DNA of 64,000 nucleotides, from positions 16,557 through 80,556 of the forward strand of contig JBJXFA010000068.1 in assembly GCA_046153865.1 (NCBI GenBank). The letters are read 5' to 3'. The DNA is from Sphingomonadaceae bacterium (GTDB taxonomy: Bacteria; Pseudomonadota; Alphaproteobacteria; Sphingomonadales; Sphingomonadaceae). A program made the translations under genes and the position numbers. Positions 27,079 to 36,464 of the stretch are shown one piece after another (position 1 is the first letter of the stretch; each line of letters begins with the position of its first letter). The notes under the pieces are model-generated. The model saw only the letters and a program-made list of their open reading frames with translations. It was not told the DNA's origin and did not search any database.

Positions 27079-28517
27079 GCGGCAGCCAAGTGTCCCGATA
27101 AGGCTGCCATCGGGACGCCCGCCCCCGGGTGCGTCCCCCCGCCCGCGCAGTAGAGCCCAGGGATCCGCGTCCGTGCACCCGGGCGGCGGAAGGACGCCGC
27201 CCACCCGTGCGAGGCCATTCCATAAAGGGCTCCACCCGTCGCCGGATAGCGGCTCGCGAAGTCGGTCGGCGTCGTCGCGTGCAGCGGTCCTGCCAGCCGC
27301 AACCCCGATCGGGCCAGCGTCTCGAGCATCTGCGTGCGGCATGTATCGGCCTCCTGTTCGGACCAGTGATGCGTGTCGCCGTTGGCGGGCGCGTTGACGA
27401 TGATCTGGATGCGCTCGGGGCCGGCGAGCGGCGCATCGCCCGCCCCGCGATCCTGCGCGCAGAGATAGACGGTCGGCTGGGCCGGTGCTGCGCCGTTCGC
27501 GATCTCGGCGAACTCGCGAGCATAGTCGGTTGAGAAAAAGACATTGTGGTGGGTCAACGGGAAGCCCGATGCCTCAACCTCGCCCAGAAATGTCACGGCA
27601 GAGAGCGAGCGCTTGCGCGGCGGATAGCCAGGCACTGCGCGGCGAACAGGTTCGCCAAACAGTCCGCTTGCCAGCGCCGCAGGATCGGCGTTGACGATCA
27701 CCCGGTCGGCGTCGATCCGCTCGCCGCTCGCGAGGGTTACGCCCGCAGCGCGACCGCCCTCCACGATGACGTTGGCAACCGGCACACTGTATCGGAAGTG
27801 CGCGCCTTGCCAGGTCGCCAGTGCTTCGATTGCCCGGGCGAGCGCGGAGAGCCCGCCGTCGATCAGCCACACGCCCGTCGCCTCGACATGCGCGATCAGC
27901 ATCAGGGTCGCCGATGCTTCGAACGGCGAGGATCCGCAATAGGTCGCGTAACGGCCGAACAACTGGCGCAGGCGCGGATCGGCGAAATAGCGGCCGAGCG
28001 TCGGCCAGAGCCGCGCCATCGGGCGGATCGCGATCATATCGGGCAGGCGGGCGAGGCCGATGCGCGCGGTAAGCCCGAAAGGCGAGGTCGCGGGCGCACG
28101 CATGAAGCTGGCATCGAGCGTATCGTGCGCGCGCTTCGCCGCCGCCCGGAACCGCGCATAGCCGCGTGCTTCGGCGGGGCCTGCGAAAGCCGCAATGGCT
28201 TCCTCGCTGGCACGCGCGTCGGCGAACAGGTCGAGGGTCTCGCCCGGCCCCCAGCTGTGCCGCGCAAGCGTCGTCGCGTTTGTCAGCCGGATATGATCCC
28301 CGAGCGAGGCTCCGCACGCATCGAACAGTGCCTCGAACACATCGCGCTTGGTGAAGACGGTCGGCCCGGCGTCGATCCCGTTCTCGGCATGCGCCTTGCC
28401 ACCCGGCACCGCCGTCGCTTCGCACACGGTCACGTCATGTCCGGCGCGCGCGAGCAGCGCCGCGCTCGTCAGCCCGCCGATCCCCGCCCCGATGATGACC
28501 GTCCGAGGTTGCGCCAC
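26979..28517 (-). CDS. crtD: 1-hydroxycarotenoid 3,4-desaturase
   Basis: IGAGIGGL, DAGPTVFT, LRQLFGRYATYCGSSP, HPGAGVPMAALSG. Confidence 0.93.
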   Translation of the reverse strand: MAQPRTVIIGAGIGGLTSAALLARAGHDVTVCEATAVPGGKAHAENGIDAGPTVFTKRDVFEALFDACGASLGDHIRLTNATTLARHSWGPGETLDLFADARASEEAIAAFAGPAEARGYARFRAAAKRAHDTLDASFMRAPATSPFGLTARIGLARLPDMIAIRPMARLWPTLGRYFADPRLRQLFGRYATYCGSSPFEASATLMLIAHVEATGVWLIDGGLSALARAIEALATWQGAHFRYSVPVANVIVEGGRAAGVTLASGERIDADRVIVNADPAALASGLFGEPVRRAVPGYPPRKRSLSAVTFLGEVEASGFPLTHHNVFFSTDYAREFAEIANGAAPAQPTVYLCAQDRGAGDAPLAGPERIQIIVNAPANGDTHHWSEQEADTCRTQMLETLARSGLRLAGPLHATTPTDFASRYPATGGALYGMASHGWAASFRRPGARTRIPGLYCAGGGTHPGAGVPMAALSGHLAAACLIADLASTRSFHPVAMAGGMSTRSAPTIASG

Positions 28518-28550
28518 GACGAAAGCTCTCCTGCTTGTCAGCGCCGAGTA

Positions 28551-28568
28551 TGTCCATCAGACTGGACA
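28551..28568. promoter_or_regulatory. PpsR operator in crtD/crtF divergent promoter
   Basis: TGT-CCATCAGACTGG-ACA. Confidence 0.82.
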
Positions 28569-28569
28569 C

Positions 28570-29676
28570 ATGCAATCGTCCAGCAGCGCCCCAGAGTCCT
28601 CGGAGGTTCGCGCGATCGCCTTCCGCAATCGTCTGATCGCTGATCCCCGCTTTCGCCGGTGGCTCGGCTGGTTGCCGTTCACGCGACGCTTCCTGCGCGG
28701 GCGCGTGGCGGCGATGTTCGATATCAATGCCGGGTTTGTCTATTCGCAGATCGCGCTTGCGATGGTCGAGACGCGGATGTTCGATGCGCTTGCCGCCGGG
28801 CCACTGTCGATCGCGGATGCCGCCCGCCATGCTGACTTGCCCGAGGCCGGAGCCGAGCGCCTCCTTAAGGCGGCGGCAGCGCTCCAGCTTGCGCAAGCGC
28901 TGAAGGACGGGCGCTACATGCTCGGCGAGCGCGGTGCCGCATTGCACGCCGATCCGGGAATTGCGGCGATGATCGTCCACCACAAGCACCTGTATGCCGA
29001 CCTTGCCGATCCCGTCGCGCTGCTGCGGCGCGGCGGTGGAGGCGGCGCGCTCCAGCATTACTGGAGCTATGCGCGGGCGGACGATCCAGCCGCAAGCGGT
29101 GCCGATTCGGTCGCGCCTTATTCGGCGCTGATGGCGGCTTCGCAGGCCATGGTCGCTGAGCAGGTCGTAACCGCCCATCGCTTCGGCAAACACCGCCGGA
29201 TGCTCGATGTCGGCGGCGGCGACGGTGTTTTCGCGCGCGCGGTCAAGACGCGCTGGCCGATGCTCGACGTCGCGGTTTTCGATCTGCCTGCAGTCGCCGC
29301 GCGCGCAACCGGGGTCGAGTCGCACGGCGGGAATTTCTTCGAAAGCCCCTGTCCCACCGGCTTTGATCTCGTGACGCTGATTCGCGTTCTTCATGATCAT
29401 GACGACACGCCGACACTAAAATTGCTGCACAATATTGCCGCAGCATTGAAACCGGGCGACTCGCTCCTGATTGCCGAGCCGATGGCGCAAACCCACGCGG
29501 CCGAGCCGATGGGTGATGGTTATTTCGGGCTGTATCTCTGGGCAATGGGCGCAGGACGGCCGCGCGCGCGCGCCGAAATCACCGCCATGCTGCACGCCGC
29601 AGGCTTCGCGGATGTGCAGGAAATCCGCACTTCCGTGCCGCTCATCGCACGCGTCCTGATCGCCAGCCGCCGCTAG
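28570..29676 (+). CDS. crtF: Carotenoid O-methyltransferase
   Basis: RNRLIADPRF, GFVYSQ, LDVGGGDG, RVLHDHDD, YFGLYLWAMG.GRPR. Confidence 0.92.
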   Translation: MQSSSSAPESSEVRAIAFRNRLIADPRFRRWLGWLPFTRRFLRGRVAAMFDINAGFVYSQIALAMVETRMFDALAAGPLSIADAARHADLPEAGAERLLKAAAALQLAQALKDGRYMLGERGAALHADPGIAAMIVHHKHLYADLADPVALLRRGGGGGALQHYWSYARADDPAASGADSVAPYSALMAASQAMVAEQVVTAHRFGKHRRMLDVGGGDGVFARAVKTRWPMLDVAVFDLPAVAARATGVESHGGNFFESPCPTGFDLVTLIRVLHDHDDTPTLKLLHNIAAALKPGDSLLIAEPMAQTHAAEPMGDGYFGLYLWAMGAGRPRARAEITAMLHAAGFADVQEIRTSVPLIARVLIASRR

Positions 29677-29720
29677 CGTAAAGAAAATTTGACATCCAAA
29701 ACTGTCCAGTTAGTGTGACA
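29677..29720 (+). promoter_or_regulatory. bchC promoter with paired PpsR operators
   Basis: CGT-N12-ACA (29677-29694, containing TTGACA -35) and TGT-N12-ACA (29703-29720), 8 bp apart as in classic bchC promoters. Confidence 0.85.
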
Positions 29721-29778
29721 GTCCAAGGTCGCTCTTGAAGACGAAACAGGGGTTTCGCCACAGCGACGGGGAGGGTGT

Positions 29779-30711
29779 ATGGACGCAATTGCGGTCATAC
29801 TCGACGCGCCAGAGCGCCTCGACCTCCGTTCGCTCGCCCTCAATCCGCTGCAGGATGGCGACATCGTCGTCGAGATCGCATGGAGCGGCATCAGCACGGG
29901 CACCGAGCGACTGTTATGGTCGGGCCGGATGCCGGACTTCCCCGGCATGGGCTATCCGCTGGTGCCAGGTTACGAATCGGTCGGCCGTGTCGTCGATGCG
30001 GCGGCTGACGTGCGTGGCCGGATCGGCGAATGGGTCTTCGTGCCGGGCGCGAACTGTTACCAGGACGCACGCGGACTATTCGGTGGGACGGCAAGCCGGG
30101 TCGTGATGCCGGGCGCGCGGGCGCTGGCGATCCCCGAGTCGCTCGGTGTCTCGGGCGTGCTCATGGCACTTGCGGCGACTGCCTTTCACGCAATCGACGG
30201 CCATGCAGCGCCCGATCTGATCATTGGCCATGGCGTGCTCGGACGGCTGCTCGCACGAGTTGCAATTGCCAAAGGCGCGTCTGTGCTAATGGTCTGGGAA
30301 ACCAGCGCCGCGCGCACGGCGGGTGCCGAGGGTTACGCGGTCATCCATCCCGATGCCGATGACCGCCGCGACTACCGGGCAATCTATGATGCCAGCGGCG
30401 ACGCTTCGCTGATCGATTCGCTGATCGGGCGGCTCGCGCGCGGCGGCGAGATCGTACTTGCGGGGTTCTACGAAGCGCCGATCCAGTTTGCGTTCCCGTC
30501 CGCCTTCATGCGCGAAGCCCGGCTGCGGATTGCGGCTGAGTTCACGCCCGCCGACCTGACCGCCACAATTGCGCTGGTCGCGAGCGGTGCGCTGTCGCTC
30601 GACGGACTCGTCACCGACGTGCGGCCCGCCGCCGAAGCCGCCGACGCGTATCCGCATGCCTTTTCAAACCCTGAGTGCCTGAAGATGGCGCTTGACTGGA
30701 GTGCCGTATGA
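29779..30711 (+). CDS. bchC: 2-desacetyl-2-hydroxyethyl bacteriochlorophyllide dehydrogenase
   Basis: WSGISTGTERLLW.G.MP.FPGMGYPLVPGYE, FMREARLR. Confidence 0.95.
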   Translation: MDAIAVILDAPERLDLRSLALNPLQDGDIVVEIAWSGISTGTERLLWSGRMPDFPGMGYPLVPGYESVGRVVDAAADVRGRIGEWVFVPGANCYQDARGLFGGTASRVVMPGARALAIPESLGVSGVLMALAATAFHAIDGHAAPDLIIGHGVLGRLLARVAIAKGASVLMVWETSAARTAGAEGYAVIHPDADDRRDYRAIYDASGDASLIDSLIGRLARGGEIVLAGFYEAPIQFAFPSAFMREARLRIAAEFTPADLTATIALVASGALSLDGLVTDVRPAAEAADAYPHAFSNPECLKMALDWSAV

Positions 30712-31691
30712 GCATGCTCGATCCCGGCGCGTTGCGCGACGAGGCGCACGAGGAGCCCGATCCCGTGCACACCGGCCCGGTGACCAAGGAAACGCAGATC
30801 ATCGCGATCTACGGCAAGGGCGGCAGCGGCAAATCGTTTGCCTTGGCGAACCTCAGCTACATGATGGCGCAGCAGGGCAAGCGCGTGCTGCTCATCGGCT
30901 GCGATCCGAAGTCCGATACGACCAGCCTGCTCTTCGGCGGCAAATCGACGCCGACGATCATCGAGACCTCGTCGCGCAAGAAGCTCGCGGGCGAGGAGAT
31001 CGGCATCGAGGATGTCTGCTTCCAGCGCGACGGGGTGTTCGCGATGGAATTGGGCGGCCCCGAAGTCGGCCGCGGCTGCGGTGGGCGCGGGATCATCCAC
31101 GGCTTCGAGACGCTCGAGAAGCTGGGGTTTCACGAGTGGGGCTTCGATTACGTCTTGCTCGATTTCCTCGGCGATGTGGTGTGCGGCGGCTTCGGCCTGC
31201 CGATCGCGCGCGACATGTGCCAGAAGGTCATCGTCGTCGCGTCGAACGATCTTCAGTCGCTCTATGTCGCGAACAACGTCTGCAAGGCGGTCGAATATTT
31301 CCGCAAAATGGGCGGCAATGTCGGTGTCGCGGGGATGATCCTCAACAAGGACGACGGGACGGGCGAGGCGAACGCGTTCGCCGCCGCAGTCGGCATTCCG
31401 GTGCTCACCGCGATTCCCGCCAACGAGGATATCCGAAAGAAAAGCGCAAACTACCAGATCATCGGCAAGCCCGGCGGGCAATGGGCCTCGCTGTTCGAGG
31501 AACTCGCGATCAACGTCGCCGAAGCGCCGCCGCTGCGCCCGACGCCGCTCGATCAGGACGGGCTGCTGGGGCTGTTTTCGGCCGATGTTACGGGGGCGGA
31601 TTATTCGCTCAAGCCCGCGACGCAGGGCGATATGCGAGGGAGCGCGTTCGTGCCCAAGCCCTCGCTCGAAGTGGTCTATGATGCAGTCTGA
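30708..31691 (+). CDS. bchX: Chlorophyllide reductase iron protein
   Basis: [41 protein letters not shown]. Confidence 0.96.
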   Translation: MSMLDPGALRDEAHEEPDPVHTGPVTKETQIIAIYGKGGSGKSFALANLSYMMAQQGKRVLLIGCDPKSDTTSLLFGGKSTPTIIETSSRKKLAGEEIGIEDVCFQRDGVFAMELGGPEVGRGCGGRGIIHGFETLEKLGFHEWGFDYVLLDFLGDVVCGGFGLPIARDMCQKVIVVASNDLQSLYVANNVCKAVEYFRKMGGNVGVAGMILNKDDGTGEANAFAAAVGIPVLTAIPANEDIRKKSANYQIIGKPGGQWASLFEELAINVAEAPPLRPTPLDQDGLLGLFSADVTGADYSLKPATQGDMRGSAFVPKPSLEVVYDAV

Positions 31692-33300
31692 GGGCGCGAC
31701 CAATCCACCCCGGAACGGGGAGGTGCCCGAAGGGCAGAGGGGCCGGGTCGAGCTTGGCGCTTCCCTCGCAGCTGATGAGCGCGTTACGAGCGGCCCCTCC
31801 GACCCTTCGGGCCACCTCCCCGTTCCGGGGAGGATTGAAGGGGCCTGTTCCTCCAAAGACACACTGCGCGCGGCTGCGGTCGAGGCGGGTAAATCCGACG
31901 TGCTTGCGCGCTATGCGGCCGACTATCCGACCGGGCCGCACGATCAGCCGCAATCGATGTGCCCTGCGTTCGGATCTTTACGCGTCGGCCTGCGCATGAA
32001 GCGCACCGCGACGGTGCTCTCGGGTTCGGCGTGCTGCGTCTACGGGCTGACCTTTACCTCGCACTTCTACGGAGCCAAGCGCTCGGTCGGCTATGTGCCG
32101 TTCTCGTCCGAAACGCTCGTCACCGGCAAGCTGTTCGAGGACATCAAGGAAGCCGTCGAAGGCCTCGCCGACCCGGCGAACTACGACGCGATCATCGTCA
32201 CCAATCTCTGCGTGCCGACGGCGAGCGGCGTACCGCTGCAACTGCTGCCCAAGGCGATCAACGGCGTGCGGATCGTCGGGATCGACGTGCCCGGCTTCGG
32301 CATTCCGACGCATGCCGAGGCCAAGGACGTGCTCTCGGGCGCGATGCTGCACTATGCGCGCGCCGAGGCCGAAGCAGGGCCGGTCGCCGCGCCCAAGGAT
32401 CGTTCGGATTTGCCGACGGTGACGTTGCTCGGCGAGATGTTTCCGGCCGATCCCGTCGGCATCGGCCAGATGCTGGCGCCGCTCGGGCTGGCGGCAGGTC
32501 CGGTCGTGCCGACGCGCGAGTGGCGCGAGCTCTATGCAGCACTCGATTGCGCGTGCGTCGCGGCGATCCATCCCTTTTACTCGGCCAGCGTCCGCGAATT
32601 CGAAGCGGCGGGGCGGACCGTGATCGGCTCGGCGCCTGTCGGCATTGACGGCACGGCAGCCTGGCTTGACGCGGTGGGTGCCGCCTGCGGGATCGCGCAG
32701 GCCAAGGTCGATGATGCGAAGAACCGCTTCGTCCCCGCCATTCGCGCCGCTCTCGCCGCCAAGCCCATTTCGGGACGCATCACGGTCTCGGGCTATGAGG
32801 GCTCCGAACTACTGGTGGCGCGCCTTCTGATCGAAAGCGGCGCAGAAGTCCCTTATGTCGGCACGGCCTGCCCGCGCACCGTGTGGAGCGACCCCGATCG
32901 CGACTGGCTCGTCGCGCGCGGCGTTCATGTGGAATATCGCGCGAGCCTCGAGAAAGACCTTCAGGCCGTCGACGCGTTCGCGCCCGATCTTGCGATCGGC
33001 ACGACGCCGGTCGTTCAGCACGCCAAGGCGCGGTCGATCCCGGCGCTCTATTTCACCAACCTGATCTCGGCGCGCCCGCTGATGGGCGTCGCGGGGGCAG
33101 GCTCGCTCGCGCAGGTCGTCAACGCGGCGATGGCGAACAAGGATCGTTTCGAGCGGATGACGGACTTCTTCGAAGGCGTCGGCAATGGGCACACGGCGGG
33201 CGTCTGGGAAAAGACTCCGGTCGATCGCCCCGAGTTCAAGGCCAAGTTCGCCGCCAAGCGCATCGCCGCCGCCAAGGCCGAGGAGGCTGTCGGTGTTTAG
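31678..33300 (+). CDS. bchY: Chlorophyllide reductase subunit Y, with N-terminal in-frame palindrome insert
   Basis: GPHDQPQSMCPAFGSLRVGLRM, GSACCVYG, NLCVPTASG. Confidence 0.95.
   Translation: MMQSEGATNPPRNGEVPEGQRGRVELGASLAADERVTSGPSDPSGHLPVPGRIEGACSSKDTLRAAAVEAGKSDVLARYAADYPTGPHDQPQSMCPAFGSLRVGLRMKRTATVLSGSACCVYGLTFTSHFYGAKRSVGYVPFSSETLVTGKLFEDIKEAVEGLADPANYDAIIVTNLCVPTASGVPLQLLPKAINGVRIVGIDVPGFGIPTHAEAKDVLSGAMLHYARAEAEAGPVAAPKDRSDLPTVTLLGEMFPADPVGIGQMLAPLGLAAGPVVPTREWRELYAALDCACVAAIHPFYSASVREFEAAGRTVIGSAPVGIDGTAAWLDAVGAACGIAQAKVDDAKNRFVPAIRAALAAKPISGRITVSGYEGSELLVARLLIESGAEVPYVGTACPRTVWSDPDRDWLVARGVHVEYRASLEKDLQAVDAFAPDLAIGTTPVVQHAKARSIPALYFTNLISARPLMGVAGAGSLAQVVNAAMANKDRFERMTDFFEGVGNGHTAGVWEKTPVDRPEFKAKFAAKRIAAAKAEEAVGV
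31702..31836 (+). repeat. 135-bp palindromic element (copy A), in frame within bchY
   Basis: Arms AATCCACCCCGGAACGGGGAGGTG / CACCTCCCCGTTCCGGGGAGGATT; 45 codons, no stop. Confidence 0.9.
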
Positions 33301-33310
33301 CGCCGCTCCT

Positions 33311-33447
33311 AATCCTCCCCGGAACGGGGAGGTGCCCGCAGGGCGGAGGGGCCGGGTCGAGCGCGTCGCCCGTTTCGAGGCATTGGCGCGCGCGTCGAGC
33401 GGCCCCTCCACCACTTCGTGGTCCTCCTCCCCGTTCCGGGGAGGATT
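33311..33447 (+). repeat. 137-bp palindromic element (copy B) between bchY and bchZ
   Basis: Arms AATCCTCCCCGGAACGGGGAGG / CCTCCCCGTTCCGGGGAGGATT; inner GGAGGGGCC..GGCCCCTCC. Confidence 0.9.
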
Positions 33448-33450
33448 CAG

Positions 33451-34905
33451 ATGACCCTCATTCTCGATCATGATCGCGCGGGCGGCTATTGGGGCGCGGT
33501 CTACGCGTTCACCGCGATCAAGGGCCTGCAAGTCATTATCGACGGCCCGGTGGGCTGTGAGAACCTGCCCGTCACGAGCGTCCTGCATTATACCGACGCG
33601 CTGCCGCCGCATGAATTGCCGATCGTCGTCACCGGCCTCGGCGAGCAGGAACTCGGCCGCGACGGCACCGAAGGCGCGATGAAGCGCGCGTGGAAAACGC
33701 TCGATCCCGATCTCCCTGCGGTCGTCGTCACGGGCAGCATTTCCGAAATGATCGGCGGCGGCGTGACGCCCGAGGGGACGAACATCGTTCGCTTCCTCCC
33801 GCGCACAATCGACGAGGATCAGTGGCAGGCGGCCGACCGCGCGCTGACCTGGCTGTGGACGCAGTTCGGGCCGAAGAAAGTGCCTGGTCCGCGCCTGATC
33901 CCCGAAGGCGGGAAGCCCAAGGTCAACATTATCGGGCCGATGTACGGGACCTTCAACATGCCGAGCGATCTGGCCGAGATCCGGCGGCTGGTCGAGGGCA
34001 TCGGTTGCGAAGTCGCGATGGCGTTTCCGCTCGGCAGCCACCTCGCCGATGTGCGCAAGCTTGCCGATGCGAGCGTCAATGTGTGCATGTATCGCGAGTT
34101 TGGGCGCGGGCTGTGCGAGACGCTCGAGCGGCCGTATCTGCAGGCGCCGATCGGGCTCGAGAGCACGACCTCGTTCCTGCGCAAATTGGGCGAGCTGACG
34201 GGCCTCGATCCCGAGCCGTTCATCGAGCGCGAGAAGCACACCACGATCAAACCCCTGTGGGATCTGTGGCGCTCGGTCACGCAGGATTTCTTCGGCACGG
34301 CAAGCTTCGGCGTCGTCGCGACCGAGACCTACGAACGCGGTCTACGCAATTTCCTCGAAGCCGATATGGGCCTGCCCTGCAATTTCGCTTTCCGCCGGTC
34401 GGCAGGGATCAAGCCGGACAATGCAGCGGTGCGGGCCGCGATCCATGGCAATCCGCCGCTCGTGCTGTTCGGCAGCTTCAACGAGCGGATGTATTCGGCC
34501 GAAGCCGGTGGGCGCAGCATGTTCATCCCCGCTTCCTTCCCCGGTGCCGTTATCCGGCGGCACACCGGTACGCCCTTCATGGGATATGCGGGCGCGACCT
34601 ATATCGTTCAGGAAGTGTGCAACGCGCTGTTTGACGCGCTGTTCAACATCCTGCCGCTCGCGACCACGATGGACGCCATCCCTGCCACGCCCGCGCGCAC
34701 CGAGGTGCAGCTGCGCTGGCAGGACGCGGCGCAGGTCGCCTTCGATGCCCTGATCGAGGCGCAGCCCGTGCTGATCCGTATTTCCGCTGCCAAGCGCGTC
34801 CGCGACGCTGCCGAGCGGGCCGCGCGGCTTGCCGGTGCATCCGACGTAACGCCCGCGCATGTCGCGAGCGCGGCACGATCGCTTTTCGAAGGAGCCGCTG
34901 CGTGA
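33451..34905 (+). CDS. bchZ: Chlorophyllide reductase subunit Z
   Basis: [35 protein letters not shown]. Confidence 0.95.
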   Translation: MTLILDHDRAGGYWGAVYAFTAIKGLQVIIDGPVGCENLPVTSVLHYTDALPPHELPIVVTGLGEQELGRDGTEGAMKRAWKTLDPDLPAVVVTGSISEMIGGGVTPEGTNIVRFLPRTIDEDQWQAADRALTWLWTQFGPKKVPGPRLIPEGGKPKVNIIGPMYGTFNMPSDLAEIRRLVEGIGCEVAMAFPLGSHLADVRKLADASVNVCMYREFGRGLCETLERPYLQAPIGLESTTSFLRKLGELTGLDPEPFIEREKHTTIKPLWDLWRSVTQDFFGTASFGVVATETYERGLRNFLEADMGLPCNFAFRRSAGIKPDNAAVRAAIHGNPPLVLFGSFNERMYSAEAGGRSMFIPASFPGAVIRRHTGTPFMGYAGATYIVQEVCNALFDALFNILPLATTMDAIPATPARTEVQLRWQDAAQVAFDALIEAQPVLIRISAAKRVRDAAERAARLAGASDVTPAHVASAARSLFEGAAA

Positions 34906-35013
34906 TCGCGCGCGCCTTCATCCCCCATCCCGCCGAGGCGCAGGCTTCGACTGGATACCGCCCGAGCGGGGCGCGCCGTCCCCGCCGCGCGGTAAAGCCA
35001 AGGAGACTGACAC

Positions 35014-35244
35014 ATGACTGACCACGATAGAGATCGGCCGTCGACGTATCTGACGCCCGAAGAAGCGAAGGCGTTCCAGAACCTCTTCGTTTTGAGCATG
35101 GGGTTTTTCGTAACCGTCGCCGTCATTGCCCATATTCTGATCTGGGTCTGGCGTCCGTGGTTCCCGGGAACACCCGGCTACGAAGCAACGCGCACGTCGG
35201 CGCTCTCGCCCGTCGTTGCAACGCAACCCATCAATAAAGCCTAG
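35014..35244 (+). CDS. pufB: LH1 antenna beta subunit
   Basis: [18 protein letters not shown] with BChl-ligating His. Confidence 0.93.
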   Translation: MTDHDRDRPSTYLTPEEAKAFQNLFVLSMGFFVTVAVIAHILIWVWRPWFPGTPGYEATRTSALSPVVATQPINKA

Positions 35245-35258
35245 AAAGGAGCATTCCC

Positions 35259-35459
35259 ATGTGGAGAATGTGGATGATGTTCGACCCGCGCCGGATTTTG
35301 ACGGCGCTGGCGATCTTCCTGTTTACGCTGGCAATTCTGATTCACTTCATCTTGCTCAGCACCAATCGCTATAACTGGCTCGAAGCGCCTAATCCGGTGG
35401 GTGCGCCAGCAGCCGTCGTTGCGGCGCCGGCAGTGGTTGCGCCTTCGACGACGCAGTGA
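35259..35459 (+). CDS. pufA: LH1 antenna alpha subunit
   Basis: [25 protein letters not shown]. Confidence 0.95.
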   Translation: MWRMWMMFDPRRILTALAIFLFTLAILIHFILLSTNRYNWLEAPNPVGAPAAVVAAPAVVAPSTTQ

Positions 35460-35498
35460 CGCGCGTTTCATCGACGCTCGATCGTTAGCGTTCATCAA

Positions 35499-35553
35499 CG
35501 GCGCGGCTGAACGGCCTGGGTTCCGGCGGAATCCAGGTCCGTCGGTCGCACCG
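35499..35553 (+). other. pufA-pufL intercistronic stem-loop (mRNA stability/attenuation element)
   Basis: Long imperfect hairpin CGGCGCGGCTGAACGGCCTGGGTTCC-GGC-GGAATCCAGGTCCGTCGGTCGCACCG; position matches the known puf decay barrier. Confidence 0.7.
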
Positions 35554-35610
35554 AAATCGAAGACTGAATTTTAGGCACCGCGCGCATGCGCGGTGGTGAG
35601 GGAGCTGGCC

Positions 35611-36450
35611 ATGGCCTTGCTGAGCTTTGAGCGGAAATACCGTGTTCGCGGGGGGACGCTCGTCGGGGGAGACCTGTTCGATTACTGGGTCGGGCCCTTT
35701 TATGTCGGCTTCTTCGGCGTCACGACCGCGTTTTTCGCGGCGCTCGGGACCGCGCTGATCCTCTACGGAGCCTCGCTGGGGCCGACATGGAACCCCTGGC
35801 TGATCTCGATCGCGCCGCCTGACCTGAAATACGGGCTGGCACTGGCACCGCTCAAGGAGGGCGGGCTGTGGCAGATCATCACGATCTGCGCCATCGGGGC
35901 GTTCGTATCCTGGGCGCTGCGCGAGGTCGAAATTTGCCGCAAGCTCGGCATGGGCTATCATGTGCCGATCGCGTTCGGCGTTGCCATCTTCGCCTATGTC
36001 ACGCTCGTGGTGTTCCGCCCGTTCCTGCTCGGGGCCTGGCATTTCGGCTTCCCTTACGGGATCTTCAGCCATTTGGACTGGGTGTCGAACACCGGCTACC
36101 AGTATCTCCATTTCCACTACAATCCGGCGCACATGCTGGCCGTGTCGTTCTTCTTTACGACAACGCTGGCGCTCGGGCTGCACGGGTCGCTGGTGCTTTC
36201 GGCGGTGAACGCGCCCAAAGACGAGCGCGGCGTGCCCGGTCGCGTCAAGTCGCCCGAATATGAAGACACCTTCTTCCGCGACATCATCGGCTATTCGATC
36301 GGCACGCTGGGCATCCACCGGCTCGGCCTGATCCTCGCGCTCAACGCCGGCTTCTGGAGCGCGGTGTGCATCATCATCTCGGGGCCGTTCTGGACGCGCG
36401 GCTGGCCCGAATGGTGGACGTGGTGGCTCAACCTGCCGATCTGGTCGTGA
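35611..36450 (+). CDS. pufL: Photosynthetic reaction centre L subunit
   Basis: [35 protein letters not shown]. Confidence 0.98.
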   Translation: MALLSFERKYRVRGGTLVGGDLFDYWVGPFYVGFFGVTTAFFAALGTALILYGASLGPTWNPWLISIAPPDLKYGLALAPLKEGGLWQIITICAIGAFVSWALREVEICRKLGMGYHVPIAFGVAIFAYVTLVVFRPFLLGAWHFGFPYGIFSHLDWVSNTGYQYLHFHYNPAHMLAVSFFFTTTLALGLHGSLVLSAVNAPKDERGVPGRVKSPEYEDTFFRDIIGYSIGTLGIHRLGLILALNAGFWSAVCIIISGPFWTRGWPEWWTWWLNLPIWS

Positions 36451-36464
36451 AGGGGAGGGGTTCG

